Shown in pieces: positions 11,623 to 23,995 of a stretch of DNA of 64,000 nucleotides (position 1 is the stretch's first letter; the number at the start of each line of letters is the position of its first letter). Source of the DNA: Octopus bimaculoides. Its lineage: Eukaryota. A program made the position numbers and the translations under genes. The notes beneath the pieces were generated by a model. It saw only the letters and a list, made by a program, of their open reading frames with translations, made no database searches and was not told where the DNA came from. The DNA is taken from NCBI RefSeq assembly GCF_001194135.2, contig NC_068992.1, forward strand, positions 4,789,493 to 4,853,492, read 5' to 3'.

Positions 11623-14600
11623 TGGAAGAATATATTTGTGTGTGAGGGTACACACACACTCTCTCACACATACACCCGCCCACACGCATATGTGTATATA
11701 TGTACATATATATAGATATGTGTGTGTGTGTGTCCATTTATTTGTATATATTGTAAGTCACATTTATAAGCTACTAAATGTATTTAATCAAGATTTCGTT
11801 CATTTCTTTCTGGATGTCAAACTCATTGCAACCTCGTCTCACACATGTTAGTAAGTAGACATGTTTGGAAAACTGGAAGTATAACAATTAATGCAAGAAG
11901 GCTTGGAATGAAGAAGTATTATGTAATTATATAAGAAATCATTTACAAGTTCCATACACTTGCAGAGCAGATGTTGCTATTGTGATAAATGTTGTCAATG
12001 TGCTACTATATTCAATTGTACACACGTTCAACTACAAAATCATTCAGACAATTATAATTAAATTTGGTGAGAACAGAGTATATCCACATATGCATACACA
12101 ACCATATACAGACATACATTTGTCCGTACGCATACGTGTATTATTTAGGTTGCTGTTAGTGTTTTCTGGGCGAAATATATAGATCAATATATATCACAAC
12201 GTAATTAGAAATATGTTTCTTATAGACATCATCTTTTCTGTGATTTAAAATATTTAGAAATTTAGAATAAGTGATTTGTACAGAAGAACACGATTATGGA
12301 TGGTAAGATAAATTCATGTGAACTGAAGCCAGGTTTTCGTGTGTTTCATGTTGATCTTAGGTTGATTAATGTGAACCTTGATACCATGAAATTAATATGA
12401 AATAAATTGCAGAAATATTTATAACATAGTACTCTAATTTCCCTGTTTGTCTTCACCCAACTCTCCTACTACGATCACTATTAATCTCTAACCGTGGAAG
12501 AGGTTTACATTTCTATACTGATTAATCTGCCGAATCACCAACTTGTAAACTTTCTGTATATTGAATTTTATACAGGTAGAATGTCATATATCTCTTTTTA
12601 TGATATAATCATTTATACTGACTCCATTATGTCACTGATATGTACTTTATAGCTTCCCAACAGACAACAACATCTATGGTCATCCGTTGTATTCTGAATT
12701 AGAATGTAGTTAAATGGAAGAATATTCTAATTACGTTTTTGGTGACTCACTGTAAATATTCATCCGTTAACCACCGTGTAACATAATCGTATATGCACAA
12801 ATTAGTGAGTTCGATAGAGCGTAAGTTAGAAGGCCTCCTAGCATACGTTCTGAATCGATGCTCCCTAAATTAAAATTAATTCGTGATCAAATTTGTAATT
12901 CTACCTTTCAATCTCTGTAAATAAAGTGCTTGTCCAGGGTTGTAGTTTAGAGTAAATTTAGGAGATCAGTCATTATGATTTGCGAGATAATTTGCAGTTC
13001 TTATCATTCTGAGTCTAATTAACTAAATTGCTAAGCACTGATGTAACTTATTCATGAGAAAATTTGACACTTCGGGATAGATAGACGAAAATAGTGTATG
13101 TTGAAGCTTTCACTATGCTTGATTAGAAAACGGCGGACACCATAAACAGGTAAACTTATATATAGTGGTTCTAGCAAAGATCTTAGTAAACCCAAACTAA
13201 AGTCAAGCCATAACATTTTAAAAGATATGGATATAGGCATCGTTTTGCAATAAAATGCGTACAGGCCACAATTTGTTTCACGTTAAAATACATCAATGTA
13301 AAATTAATAGTTGTAACCTTAAGAATTTGTAGCTACAGGTATTCTAGGTCGTGTGTCTTCATTGAGACAGACTGACAAAATATTGCTTGACAAAATATTT
13401 TACTCTGATAATTAACATTAAATTAAGGGCTCAGTGAATACTAAGCGATGTTCACTGTTTAGATGAATGTGGCCATAGTTTCGGCAAGTCCTTTTCTACC
13501 ACCAGACCCCGAGGCTCTGAAATATTTCTTCTAGTAATGTAAGCAAAAGATTAATATTCAAATGATGTGTTATGTAATGTAGGATGAACTAATTGTATAA
13601 ACCAGTCCGTTCACGGTTAAAATGTATATGTAATTTTTTGTACGCATGGTGTTTATCATGCGCTATACCTCTATACTATAGAGTAGAGTATACGACTGCT
13701 AATTTCTCTTATCTATATGCAATACTAAGGAGAAATCAGTCGGACGGAGGTGATTTGCGATTTTAAAAAAAAGTAATTGTTTAATGATTAGGTATCCACT
13801 GTAATTTTCAGAACGTCTGCCTCAACCAAAAATAGACATTATTAAAATATTACAGTAAGTGTAAAACCATTCATATTATTGGTGTTTCGACAAAACTTCA
13901 TTATTAAAGATGATTGAAAAGGCTTTACTAGGAAATACAGAGAACATAATTAGGTTACGTTAAATTAGAGAAATATTTGTAACTTTACCACTGAAACATA
14001 TGATGCAGCTGCTAGTAATTCTTGACTTTCAACATCTTATGATTATATAATTGACAATGCAGTCTGAAACAGTATAGACATATACTAATTAAGTTATAAT
14101 AGAAGTTAATTAATAGAGAAACAATTGTAAATATATTTATGTGCCTCTTTAATTACTGAAGTAATTTCTAAGTACAATTATTTCATTTCACACAAATTGA
14201 CGAGTAGACTTCTAGAAAGTATAGAGAACTATTTGACGTATGCGTATATACATATCTAGAAACACATATTCACATATACACATATATCAATATATATATG
14301 TCTATGTGTGTGTGTGCGTGTGTGCATACAAAAATACTCATAAACACTTATATAAACACGCATACAGGCAGACGCACACATAAGTGTACACCCCCGATTC
14401 CACCCACACACCCATATATAGTATATCTAATTATATATTTGCATTTATATGTATATATCTATATAGAATTACAGAGTTTGAGACGCAGATTAGCCATTCA
14501 AAAACATACAAATTCTGTAAACTCCATTTAAAGATTTATTATTTGGCGTAGATATTTTCGAGGCGCGAACAGTAAGCTGGTGGTCTCTGGCATTGTTTCG

Positions 14601-16598
14601 TGGCAGCAATGTGTCATTCACACTGTATTTTGTTTTCATTTCAATAGACTTGCCTGCCAAATTCACCTTAGTAATATGTCTATCTGTCTTTATGTATGCA
14701 TGTATGTATGTATGTATAGACATGTACAAGAACATAGAGGGCTGACTAAAACACAAAAAATAAAATTAAGCTGTATTTTATTTCTTCATATAATCTCAAA
14801 ATATCTTATTGCGACTAACTAATTTCTTGGTTGTGTATTTGCTAGTAGTTGGTATTTTCTAAAACTTTCTTACTGCGTACATAAACATTTCCTATAGAGA
14901 GGAACTCTAAAATCTTGAATTGATAGAAGATTTTTAGCTTGAAGGCAGTTATTTTATCTAAATATTATATCAGAGAAATATGTCCGGAAAAAACTACCAT
15001 TCCAACAATTATATTTGATAATCTTTTAAAATTTGGCATAACACACAGTACTGTTCAGGCTTGGCATTCGTATCCATTTCCGTTATTAAATGGATATTAC
15101 AGAGATAAATTTGCTAACAAGAATTAATTTGAAGCTATTCTTTAACTAATAATTTGGAAATAGTCTTTTACAGAATAAATCACTATTTTAGAAATGTCTA
15201 TTTTGATTTGTAATGTGAGCTTGGTATTTTCAAGTGTGAATAATAGTGAATACTTATAAATGAGTATCTAAGGTTAGCGTTGAAGCAGTGTTTTTTTTTC
15301 TTTCTTCTCAACACGTTTCAACCAGCAACATTATATATTTAGCAAGCCAACACAAATATCACTGCCCATGATAACTTAAAAAAACAAATCCAACATATCA
15401 TTGATTCATTGTACATGTTTATAGGACTTTTCAAAAGCAGGTTTGAAAATGTCACACGCTGCAATCAATAAAACCAGCCTATAGAAAACGAAAATCAGAT
15501 ATCCACCCCCATAATGTCAGCAAGAGGGGAAGTCAAATAGAAGATAAATCGATAGATTGATAGAATCTAATCCGACGATATAGTACATGTGCTTCACTTA
15601 ACGATTTGAGTATCGCTGAAACATCAGAGGTTGATGTTAATTCAATACATTGAAAACATCAATGAATAACCTTGGTAGAAGACAAAGTAAAGAAATGTAA
15701 AACTGTGCATTGATGACATAGAAGATAAAAAAAGTAAAAGTTAAGATGGAAAATAATTTATTTTTTAAATTCATGTGGATTATCAAATTAAACGCACAAT
15801 GGCTGATACTAGATTATTAAAGAAAAATATTTGGTAAACTAGACGCAGATTTATTAACTTCTCTGAAAAGATTTATAGAATTTTCTAAAGCTAAGGAGAC
15901 ATTATAGATATTCAGTCTCAGCGAATTTCATTAATATAACTTGCCCATCTGTGATATCAAATCATTATGTTTATTTAATTAGCTCCAGAATATTACGTTG
16001 GAATAAATGCATATTAGCATTTTAAGTTGTTTTCTATATATATGCATAACAATTTTCCCTACAAAGCTCTTGGTTTTATTTATTTATGTTACTTTTAGTA
16101 AATCAGAGACGTCGTATAATGTACGTGCCTATGATTGAGCCAGCAAAGACACTTGGGGCAGAGCCATTCGTGTCTCTTTCCGATGATTGGACGATAAATG
16201 CTATCTGATAAGAGTATACGTATTATCGTATGTTTCTCTACAGGATGCCGCTAGGGTTTGCAGAAGGGAGCCAGTGGAAATGCATGAATGATTCTTTCCA
16301 GATAGCAACACCCTCGAAAAAAATTCTGGAAAAAATAGATTCCAAAATTTAAAACGCAATAAATTCCAAATTTTAAAAATACGGCGGTAACATAGTTGCC
16401 AACCCAATAATATGATCTATGGTTGCTTCATGTGAATTAACAATTAAATTGTTTAAGGTTCAAACTAAATACCTATGATTCAGGCCCAGGACGTATAGAA
16501 GTATTCAAGATGATATACAAACTATAAAGAGATATTCAAGTCATTTTCAGTCAATATGTGTTTGGTAATCGTCAAATACATTACTTATATTCGATCAG

Positions 16599-16619
16599 GA
16601 GGAATTCAGAATGAAACAG
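16599..16619 (+). other. Candidate 21-nt micro-exon (phase 1-1: GIQNET)
   Basis: TATTCGATCAG|GAGGAATTCAGAATGAAACAG|GTGAGT; strong donor, modest acceptor. Confidence 0.15.
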
Positions 16620-16649
16620 GTGAGTATACTCATTAAGTGAAATAATTGC

Positions 16650-16859
16650 TTCAAATCCTGGCACAAGGTTAGCAGTTTTAAGGGACAAAAGCAGTTGAGC
16701 ATATAGCCCCAGTGCTCAATTATGCAAGCGTTTATCGACTTCAAATTATGATAGATAGAGTTTACCTCGGTGGAATTTGAGTTCCGAACATAGAGATGGA
16801 AGGAATGTCACGAAGCATTTTGTCCGACGCGCTAAGGTTTCTGCCTGCTCACCGTCTTT
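16650..16859 (-). mobile_element. SINE family B, near full length
   Basis: Reverse complement starts AAAGACGGTGAGCAGGCAGAAACCTTAGCGCGTCGGACAAAATGCTT...TCAAATTCCACCGAGGTAAACT...GTCGATAAAC and is collinear with the plus copy at 43006-43175. Confidence 0.8.
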
Positions 16860-16988
16860 GAATCTGAAAATCATGAAAGCTGAAGAGGGCCACAGACAGT
16901 CATAAACAGAGACACGATCTTCAAAACATGTAAAATTAGGGATGGGAAAACAAGTGTGATCAGATCTGTTGTATACGGAATCTTTCAG

Positions 16989-17106
16989 CATCGGATTGGG
17001 ACAGGGTGTTTTATGAAATAAACCATATTTTGAGAAATGCTGTCGGGATTCGATGTGATATGCGAGACTACAGATTGATGCTTGTGATGCTAGAGCCCAG
17101 CTTGGG
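16989..17106 (+). other. Candidate exon (phase 1-2: SDWDRVFYEINHILRNAVGIRCDMRDYRLMLVMLEPSLG)
   Basis: GGAATCTTTCAG acceptor and GGG|GTAACT donor; only one frame open and it is phase-compatible with 16599-16619. A minus-strand frame is also open here, so the strand is unresolved. Confidence 0.2.
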
Positions 17107-17953
17107 GTAACTATCTTTATAAGAGACGTGTTGACAAATTTTCATCTCCTTCAGTTGCAGCAGTTGTCTGATCAACCATGAATCAGTTCAAAGTTATACT
17201 AGCTCTGTTTCGTTTTGAAATATATTTATAGCATCTTCAGCTACATTAATCGGTGCATTTCACATTTTATAAGCTGCAAGAATCTAGATTCAGGAGAAAT
17301 TGGTTTCAATTGTAGCGAGTTCAGCTAAGAATTAGATAATTTCCCACGGGCTCTCGTGTAATACAAATATTCATTTTTAAGGTACGCAACTATTAGAAGG
17401 GACGTTATACATATAGCCATGTCATTGTTATTTTCATACAATATATATATAAGAGAACATTATCGAAATGCTTTCTTCCTTGTTTCAGTGTATAGAATAG
17501 GATTTGAATGAACATTTTCTACTCATGTTAAGCAGGGAAGGCAACCATTTTAAGACGTCCCACGTAGATGTTGTACAGTTGATAATTTTCCCCAGTATAA
17601 AAAAAAAAAAACATGTAAAATTTTGCAAACAGCAACTGATGGTATTCGAAGTCACAGTACACCGCTAATACAATCGATCTCTAACTATTATTATTCAAGT
17701 TTAGCAAACGATTTTTTCTTTCTCTCCACTCACTTGATATATTTCATTGGGAAATATTTTTTAAATGCATTAAGCTATCAGTAGTCGCGTGAAGAATTAA
17801 TCCTTTTTTCGTTTCTATATTTCTTTTCTCACACTCCGTCTCTCTTTCTTCTGCATATATACATAAGCTTGTATTCATCTTTGCATGCTCACATGCCTAT
17901 GTATATGTGTATATACATACATACATACACACATACTTACATACATGCACAGA

Positions 17954-17987
<34 letters not shown>

Positions 17988-18218
17988 TGTACACATAGAC
18001 GCGCACACACACATATATATATGTACGTCAATACTTAGAAATTGTATGACGTCAGGCTTTTGTTATTTGTTGTCTAATGTCTAATATATTTTCTGCTAGA
18101 AGAGATGTACTACATGAGTTTTCTAGTGGAAGCATATGAGCTGCTCTTTGTAAGCAGCTTGTAAAAATGTGTTTTGTGATTCAAAATGCTGAATGCTTGG
18201 CCTCGCAGCAAGAAGTAA

Positions 18219-18308
18219 TTTTCTGATAATTATTCCGATTAATATTCTGATAATTCTTATAATTATTTGGATAATTTTGATAATTATTGAATTATCTGCT
18301 AATTATTT
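18219..18308. repeat. Degenerate ~10-bp AT-rich minisatellite (TGATAATTAT-like)
   Basis: CTGATAATTATT / CTGATAATTCTT / ATAATTATT / GATAATTTT / GATAATTATT units in tandem. Confidence 0.7.
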
Positions 18309-18890
18309 TGAGGCCTTTCGTATATCATATTGAGGTGAGAAGAGTTATTCTACCATTTTTATGTAGTGAATAAATTGTCTGTTTTTGTTACTAATATTCT
18401 TCGTTTATTCTAGATTAGTTAACATTCGTTTACGTAAATGACAGTGACCTAAAAATATGTTCAATTTTGGATTCTCATTTAGTGTTCTAACTTAATTTGC
18501 AACTATATTGAGGGTAATTAGAAGATTCATTTGAATTCCATTTGACATCCTATCAAGAGAATAATTCCAACTGCCTTCAATTCTTAATATTTATGAAATA
18601 ATATACTTTTAAAATTAAAATTTTCAAAGAAAAGTAAAAGTTAATCCTTGATATTTCCTTTCACATAAGTGGCATTTCCCTGAACCAACCAAATTAATTC
18701 TAGATAGGCACACAAACCTCCTGCCTATAGTCGTATATACGTAAGTTTTCCATCACACTCGGTAAGTAGTATACTCTAATATAAAGTTAGGCGCCTCGGC
18801 AGTTTCTCAGAAGAATAATCTTGTGCTCTATTAAGTGAACTGCTTTACCATGAAATAAATATCTAAGAGGAAACTGATTACCACACTTAC

Positions 18891-19003
18891 ATTGTAGGCC
18901 TCCGAAGAAGAACACAACTACATGTGCCCCCTTACAACACGTTAGTACAACATTTTTCCACGTCAGTGCAACACATGAACCATTAACCTCTGGTTGACTC
19001 AGC
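18891..19003 (-). CDS. Candidate exon, model B of the secreted-protein gene (LSQPEVNGSCVALTWKNVVLTCCKGAHVVVFFFGGLQ)
   Basis: Acceptor CATGTGTCAG, donor AAT|GTAAGT, 113 nt. Only the phase-2 frame is open, matching the end of the 35-nt exon when 19701-19756 is included. Confidence 0.35.
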
Positions 19004-19081
19004 CTGACACATGTATATGCAAATATATCTTTCGACTTGGTGTTATGACGTGCTCACAACCACCGAGAATGGGGGGGGGGC

Positions 19082-19213
19082 TTAACTGTGGTCACAATAT
19101 CCTTCTTGGAGGGTGACACTTGGATGCAAAACCTGCGATTTCACGTGATTACTTGTCATGCCTGCATGTTCTGTCACTAGATACTTGTCAGGGAGACTCA
19201 AAGAGTGGTACTC
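19082..19213 (-). CDS. Candidate terminal exon, model A (EYHSLSLPDKYLVTEHAGMTSNHVKSQVLHPSVTLQEGYCDHS*)
   Basis: Follows an 88-nt GT-AG intron (19214-19301), phase 0, and ends in TAA at 19084-19082. Gives a complete 163-aa ORF. Confidence 0.3.
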   Translation of the reverse strand, partial: EYHSLSLPDKYLVTEHAGMTSNHVKSQVLHPSVTLQEGYCDHS

Positions 19214-19301
19214 CTATTATACAAGTGTTTGTAACCATAATTCTGTGCCGTACAGATATTTCTTTATGCTGATCTTAATCGTTATTCCATCTAGTACATA
19301 C

Positions 19302-19336
19302 CTTATGGCAATCGGAAAGTGGCGACGTACGCTGAC
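19302..19336 (-). CDS. 35-nt exon of the secreted-protein gene (GQRTSPLSDCHK or VSVRRHFPIAIR depending on frame)
   Basis: Acceptor CTTGTTAG and donor AAG|GTATGT; open in both the phase-1 and phase-0 frames. Confidence 0.45.
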
Positions 19337-19529
19337 CTAACAAGCTGGACATACATATTAATTGAATCTTTCTCCGTCACCTTTGCTCCTAGTGCTGTTG
19401 ATCTGCATTAGGGATGAATAGTCTTTTGGGAGGTAATATTCGAATGTCAGTTGTGACATTGAGAACAAGGAAATACGAGGAAACGTTAATAATCTGTTGG
19501 TTATCACAATACATGTATGAATGTATGTT

Positions 19530-19568
<39 letters not shown>

Positions 19569-19700
19569 CAGGCATTCATATTCACTCTATATCGTAACTT
19601 TCACAGCCAGTGATGTATGACTCGACCACCCTCATGTCCGTAATGTTGTCAACATTTCGCATCATACTCTTTCTTGAATACACGTGGATAGATTGTTTAC

Positions 19701-19756
19701 CTTCGTTTGCTCAAGCCATAGACATAGCCTTCCTAGTGTAGCCTTCTTATGAGATA
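19701..19756 (-). CDS. Candidate 56-nt exon (VSHKKATLGRLCLWLEQTK)
   Basis: Strong acceptor TATTTATTTTCCCAG and donor AAG|GTAAAC. The only open frame is phase 1, matching the end of 20004-20066. Confidence 0.4.
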
Positions 19757-20003
19757 CTGGGAAAATAAATATATAGATGATTAAATGCCAACCTCAAAGT
19801 GTAACAATTGACCAATCTGCTGGTTTAAGTGAAGTCCCAATACACAGAATAACGGCGATAGATTATTAGATAATAAAAAAAAAAGTCAGTGAGGAGGATT
19901 AGCGTTGAGTATTAAAAATTCCATGTTCAATAGTGGTCTGAACCCACAGAGAAATATATAGTGCATTTGACACATGTTAAAACCGCACTCCAGTTATATT
20001 TAC

Positions 20004-20066
20004 CTTTTTCTACTGGGATACTTATACAGAAATCTTCCTTCTGATTCTTTACAATGTATAAATGAT
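20004..20066 (-). CDS. 63-nt exon of the secreted-protein gene (YHLYIVKNQKEDFCISIPVEK)
   Basis: Acceptor CTACTTTATCTTCCAAACAACAG, donor AAG|GTAAAT, phase 1-1, open frame continuous with 21138-21268. Confidence 0.55.
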
Positions 20067-21137
20067 CTGTTGTTTGGAAGATAAAGTAGATGAATTTTAG
20101 GCAAATTTTGAAACTAGATATGACATAAATCTGAAAAAAAGTCACCGGAACATTTTAAAATATATTGGCGCTTTTCATGTTATTTTTGAATAAAATATAC
20201 TGCGTTAGGCACATTTAATGTGACATCGGCAAACATTTAGTTGTATATAAAATATGCTTACTTTCAGGAATCTCAATTTCATTACAGAAGTATTAATATA
20301 TTTCTTGTGGACTTAGTCGGTAGGCGCATATATATGTGTGTTGGTGGGCCTGCGTTTATATCAGCTGTAATAATGCACGAGTAAGCTCGACTGATAATAT
20401 ATAATTCGTGTAATTTCTTGGCATACCTTTTTAACTTATCATAGAAAAAAAAAAGTAAATGAATACAATTACATCCAATTTATGAGTTACCTAAACTCAG
20501 GTAATTCCATGATTAGGTTTCATCGAATTACCATGACTGTAAGATTTATTGCGACACAACTTACACGAATACAGTATAGCAGCTTCTACCTAACTTTTGA
20601 AAAGAATTGCTGTTAAATATATTATAAATTTTAATATAAAGATAGACATGCATATTTATATATGCATCTATATGAGTTTTGTGTTTCTATGCAAGTACAC
20701 AACTCTGTTATAGTAATGCGGTCACATCACAGTAACGAAAGTTTAATATTCGACTACAGAACAAATTAATTTGTTTCAATGAACATATGATATAACCACC
20801 TGGGAAATCTTGAAGAGTTGCTTCTCACACCTACGTTCACACATTAAACAACTTTATACAAATTCGTCGAAACATATGTAGTATAATAGTACAGCGAATA
20901 TTTATGCAATAAGAAATTTGATTAAAAATATGCAGACGATACCTTAATAAGTACATGTATATACATATATCTATGTCTATATATAAGTACACGCACAAAC
21001 TCAAACACACACACATGTATTTGTGGGTATATGTGTGCGTGCCGCATGTGTGTTTGCGTGTATCTTTGCGTCTGTGTGTTTGTGTTTGTATGCCTGTTTA
21101 TGTACATATATACGTAGAATAAACACCGTCGGCTTAC

Positions 21138-21268
21138 AGGATAATTCAGGTTTGTCTCCACTGAATGGCTTTATTTCTGAATCAGTGGTATTACGCATGA
21201 CAACTTGCAGGTAGTGCCTATCAAGTGCCAGTTTCCCTTCAAGGAAACCTGCACGTAATTCCATATAA
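21138..21268 (-). CDS. 131-nt exon of the secreted-protein gene (YMELRAGFLEGKLALDRHYLQVVMRNTTDSEIKPFSGDKPELS)
   Basis: Acceptor TTCATTTCAG, donor CCT|GTAAGC. A single frame is open throughout and is phase 2 at entry, matching 26495-26600. The exon is a GC-richer patch bounded by the splice sites. Confidence 0.6.
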
Positions 21269-22254
21269 CTGAAATGAACCCGATGCCTGGTCATTTCGAA
21301 GAGACATTCTTAACCAGTCAGGCATGCCTTTATCTCTCTCTCCCTCTCGTTCTATTTTCTCTTTCTTAATATATATACGTAAATATGTGTGTGGTGGGGA
21401 AGGGGTTAAGTCTACCCGTTTGCCTCTATGTGTGTCACAGATTCATTGTGTGTAATAATGTATATCTATAGATGTATAGAAATAGAAACGAATGTTGTGA
21501 GAGTGTGTTGACAGAACGTCGATATATTGAGTGATTCCTGCATGTCTGCCCTCTGTTGGGAAAATACATTTCAATCTGATAAATATGATATAAATAAGAA
21601 AAAATCAAACCATCAGTTTTATTAAATTAAGTGTATACCAAATGTCGTCTATTCAATGTTTGTGTTTTATGATTGATAAAATAATGAAACTGTTCTATTA
21701 ACCGCAACATCATCTCCATTTATTAATTTAACCGATGGTAAACATATTTCACAGACTTCCCTTTGAGATTTGCATATATTACTGTTTAATATTGTCATGG
21801 AAGATGAATTAATTTTGCACTCTCAGACAGCCACACTAGAGAAACATTTGGTGAAATCTTTCTCTGGAACATTCACTTCGAATTATCTTCCGTAACTCAA
21901 AATTGTTGCAACTGTGAAGATTTAATTTCCTAAAACTTATAGGATATAGAATATATTTAAACTATAGAAAGAAGCTAAATGGTTCATTTCACTCATTAAT
22001 AATGACAACTAGAATTAAAATCTCTATTTATAAATCTGAGAAGAAATTACTCAAGAAGCTTTCCGGAATGATGAAGTATTCAAATGGGTTGATAAACTAT
22101 TCAATTTCGAGGTTCTATATTAGAGACTTCAGTCGAAATATCTAAGTGGCGTTGGTTTCTATCATAGATAATATTGAAATATACGTGGTTGATGACTGTT
22201 GAATATTTTCTGACTTATCAAGAGATTGATAAAATTAAAACGACTAAAAGTCGC

Positions 22255-22634
22255 AAATTCTGTCCTCCTTCGAGTCTGACTACTGCAGCCGTTCGTTTTT
22301 GACGGCTGGAGATTGATCGCAACACGTAGGCCATAAACATCCTGTCGCCGCCAATAAGCGCAGGCTTGCTGCTCATAAGGAGCAGCTGGCTACGGAACGT
22401 GCAGATCGAGCAGCCGCTGCGGGGGGCTCTGGCCGAAGATGCAGGTTCTTTGGTCAGACGAGAAAATAGCAGTCTTCGTCAAGAAGGAGGCTCAGTTATT
22501 GGTAGACGGTGTCAGACACATTAATGTATCTATCGCGAGAACCTACCGGGCAAAACTACCAAACAGGTGGGAACCGAGAGGGGCAGATCTGGCTAAAAGG
22601 TCTCGCGAGAGTCGTGAAGAGTCAGGACAATATC
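22255..22634 (+). mobile_element. R2-like (RLE-type) non-LTR retrotransposon N-terminal fragment: C2H2 zinc finger plus Myb-like domain, decayed
   Basis: From 22269: FE(S)DYCSRSFLTAGD*SQHVGHKHP (C2H2 pattern, first Cys TGT>TCT, Leu replaced by TGA at 22314-22316). After a frameshift: WSDEKIAVFVKKEAQLLVDGVRHINVSIARTY, then another frameshift: PGKTTKQVG (cf. R2 Myb RWSxEE...EAxL...RxINxxL...PxRT). GC-rich island in AT-rich flanks. Confidence 0.8.
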
Positions 22635-23110
22635 AGTAGTAGTAGTAGTAGTAGTAGTGGTGGTAGTTGTAATAGTTGTAGTAGTAGTGGTGGTGTTGTT
22701 GTTGGTGGTGGTGTTGTTGTTGGTGGTGGTGGTAGTTGTGGCGACATAAGTAGCAGAAGCGACAGCAACAACAGCAGCAACAGCAGCAGCAGTAGCAGTA
22801 GACGTAGTAGTGGTGGTGGTGATGGTGGTAGTGGCGGCGGCGGTGGTGGTGGTGGTGGTGGTGGTGGTGGTGGTGGTGGTGATAGTGGTGGTGGCGCTGT
22901 TGGTGGTGGTGCTGTTGGTGGTGGTGATATCAGTAGCAGAAGCGACAGAAACAACAGCGGCGGCAGCAGCAGCAATGATTGCAGTGGTATTAGTAGTAGT
23001 AGTAGTAGTAGTAGTAAGAAGAGGAGGAGGTGGTGGTAGAGGAGAAGTAGAAGGTGGAAGAGAAGTAGGAGGTGGAGGTGGAGTAGAAGCAGTAGCAGTT
23101 GTAGGATATT
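22635..23110 (+). repeat. Mosaic trinucleotide tract (AGT, GGT, TGT, AGC, AAC, GGC, AGG) with an internal 183-bp-period duplication
   Basis: Directly visible; AGTAGCAGAAGCGACAG occurs at 22749 and 22932. Confidence 0.95.
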
Positions 23111-23962
23111 TAAATGGAAGCAGTATCGGTAGTGATGTTATGTCGTTATTTGCTCAATATTTTGAATTCTGCAGTAGCAGGAACAGAATGATTATTTTGC
23201 AATATGACCAAATATGATTACTTACTTGATATCCGCCTTCCACATTTCATTTCTTGTTATTGAACTCGGCCAACTGTCGACAGTTTTCTTCGCCATAAAT
23301 TATAATATATACAGAATTGTTGCTGCTCCTTTGAACTCTCTTTTCAATGCAACTAAGTAATTTACAAATTATGTGATTAAATGATGCATTAGTTATTCGC
23401 CGTAGACTTCAATCCGAATGTCTACGACTTAGCTTTTATTTTTTTATTTAATAAATACATCTTAACCTTTGACACGAAGCAAAACATTTTAAGTTACGAT
23501 GCATAATGGATATACACAAACGCATAGAGAAAGACTTGTGCATTTATACATATGCATGCATATGTGTGTATGAAGACACATTTGTATATATATTTACATA
23601 CACACAGACGCAGATACATTCACACACACACATATATATGTATATAATCGCACATTCGCACATGTATAGATATATTCATAATTGTGCGTAAGGTTGTTGT
23701 ACGTGTGTACACGTGTGTGTATATACAAAAGTATTAAATATTATTCAGTACTATGTAAATGAGAAACGTTTTAGCAGTATATCACCTCACGTTCCAATTT
23801 GTAGTCTCCTCACTTGTGTTAATGACACAATAAAATCTACTTAGTTAAACGGCAACAACGAAATAACAAATGTATTTTATATTACTTTTGTTTGAAAACA
23901 TAAGTAGCTTGAATATCATGTTGTCTTGTCAGTCATCACGAATAATCTCCTTATTTCTCTTT

Positions 23963-23995
<33 letters not shown>

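Noticed and set aside
18895-18985. WAP-like CCTDVEKCCTNV...GGTCSC frame
   Set aside because: The frame contains two stops and the Cys spacing does not fit WAP.
19155-19210. DTCQGDS on the plus strand resembling the trypsin active-site motif
   Set aside because: Not followed by GGP, no His or Asp catalytic motifs nearby, and it overlaps the better-supported minus-strand exon cluster.
22509-23217. Ser/Gly-, Pro/Leu- and Val-rich ORFs (176, 117 and 135 aa)
   Set aside because: Read-through of the trinucleotide mosaic from the R2-like fragment, with no splice or start context.
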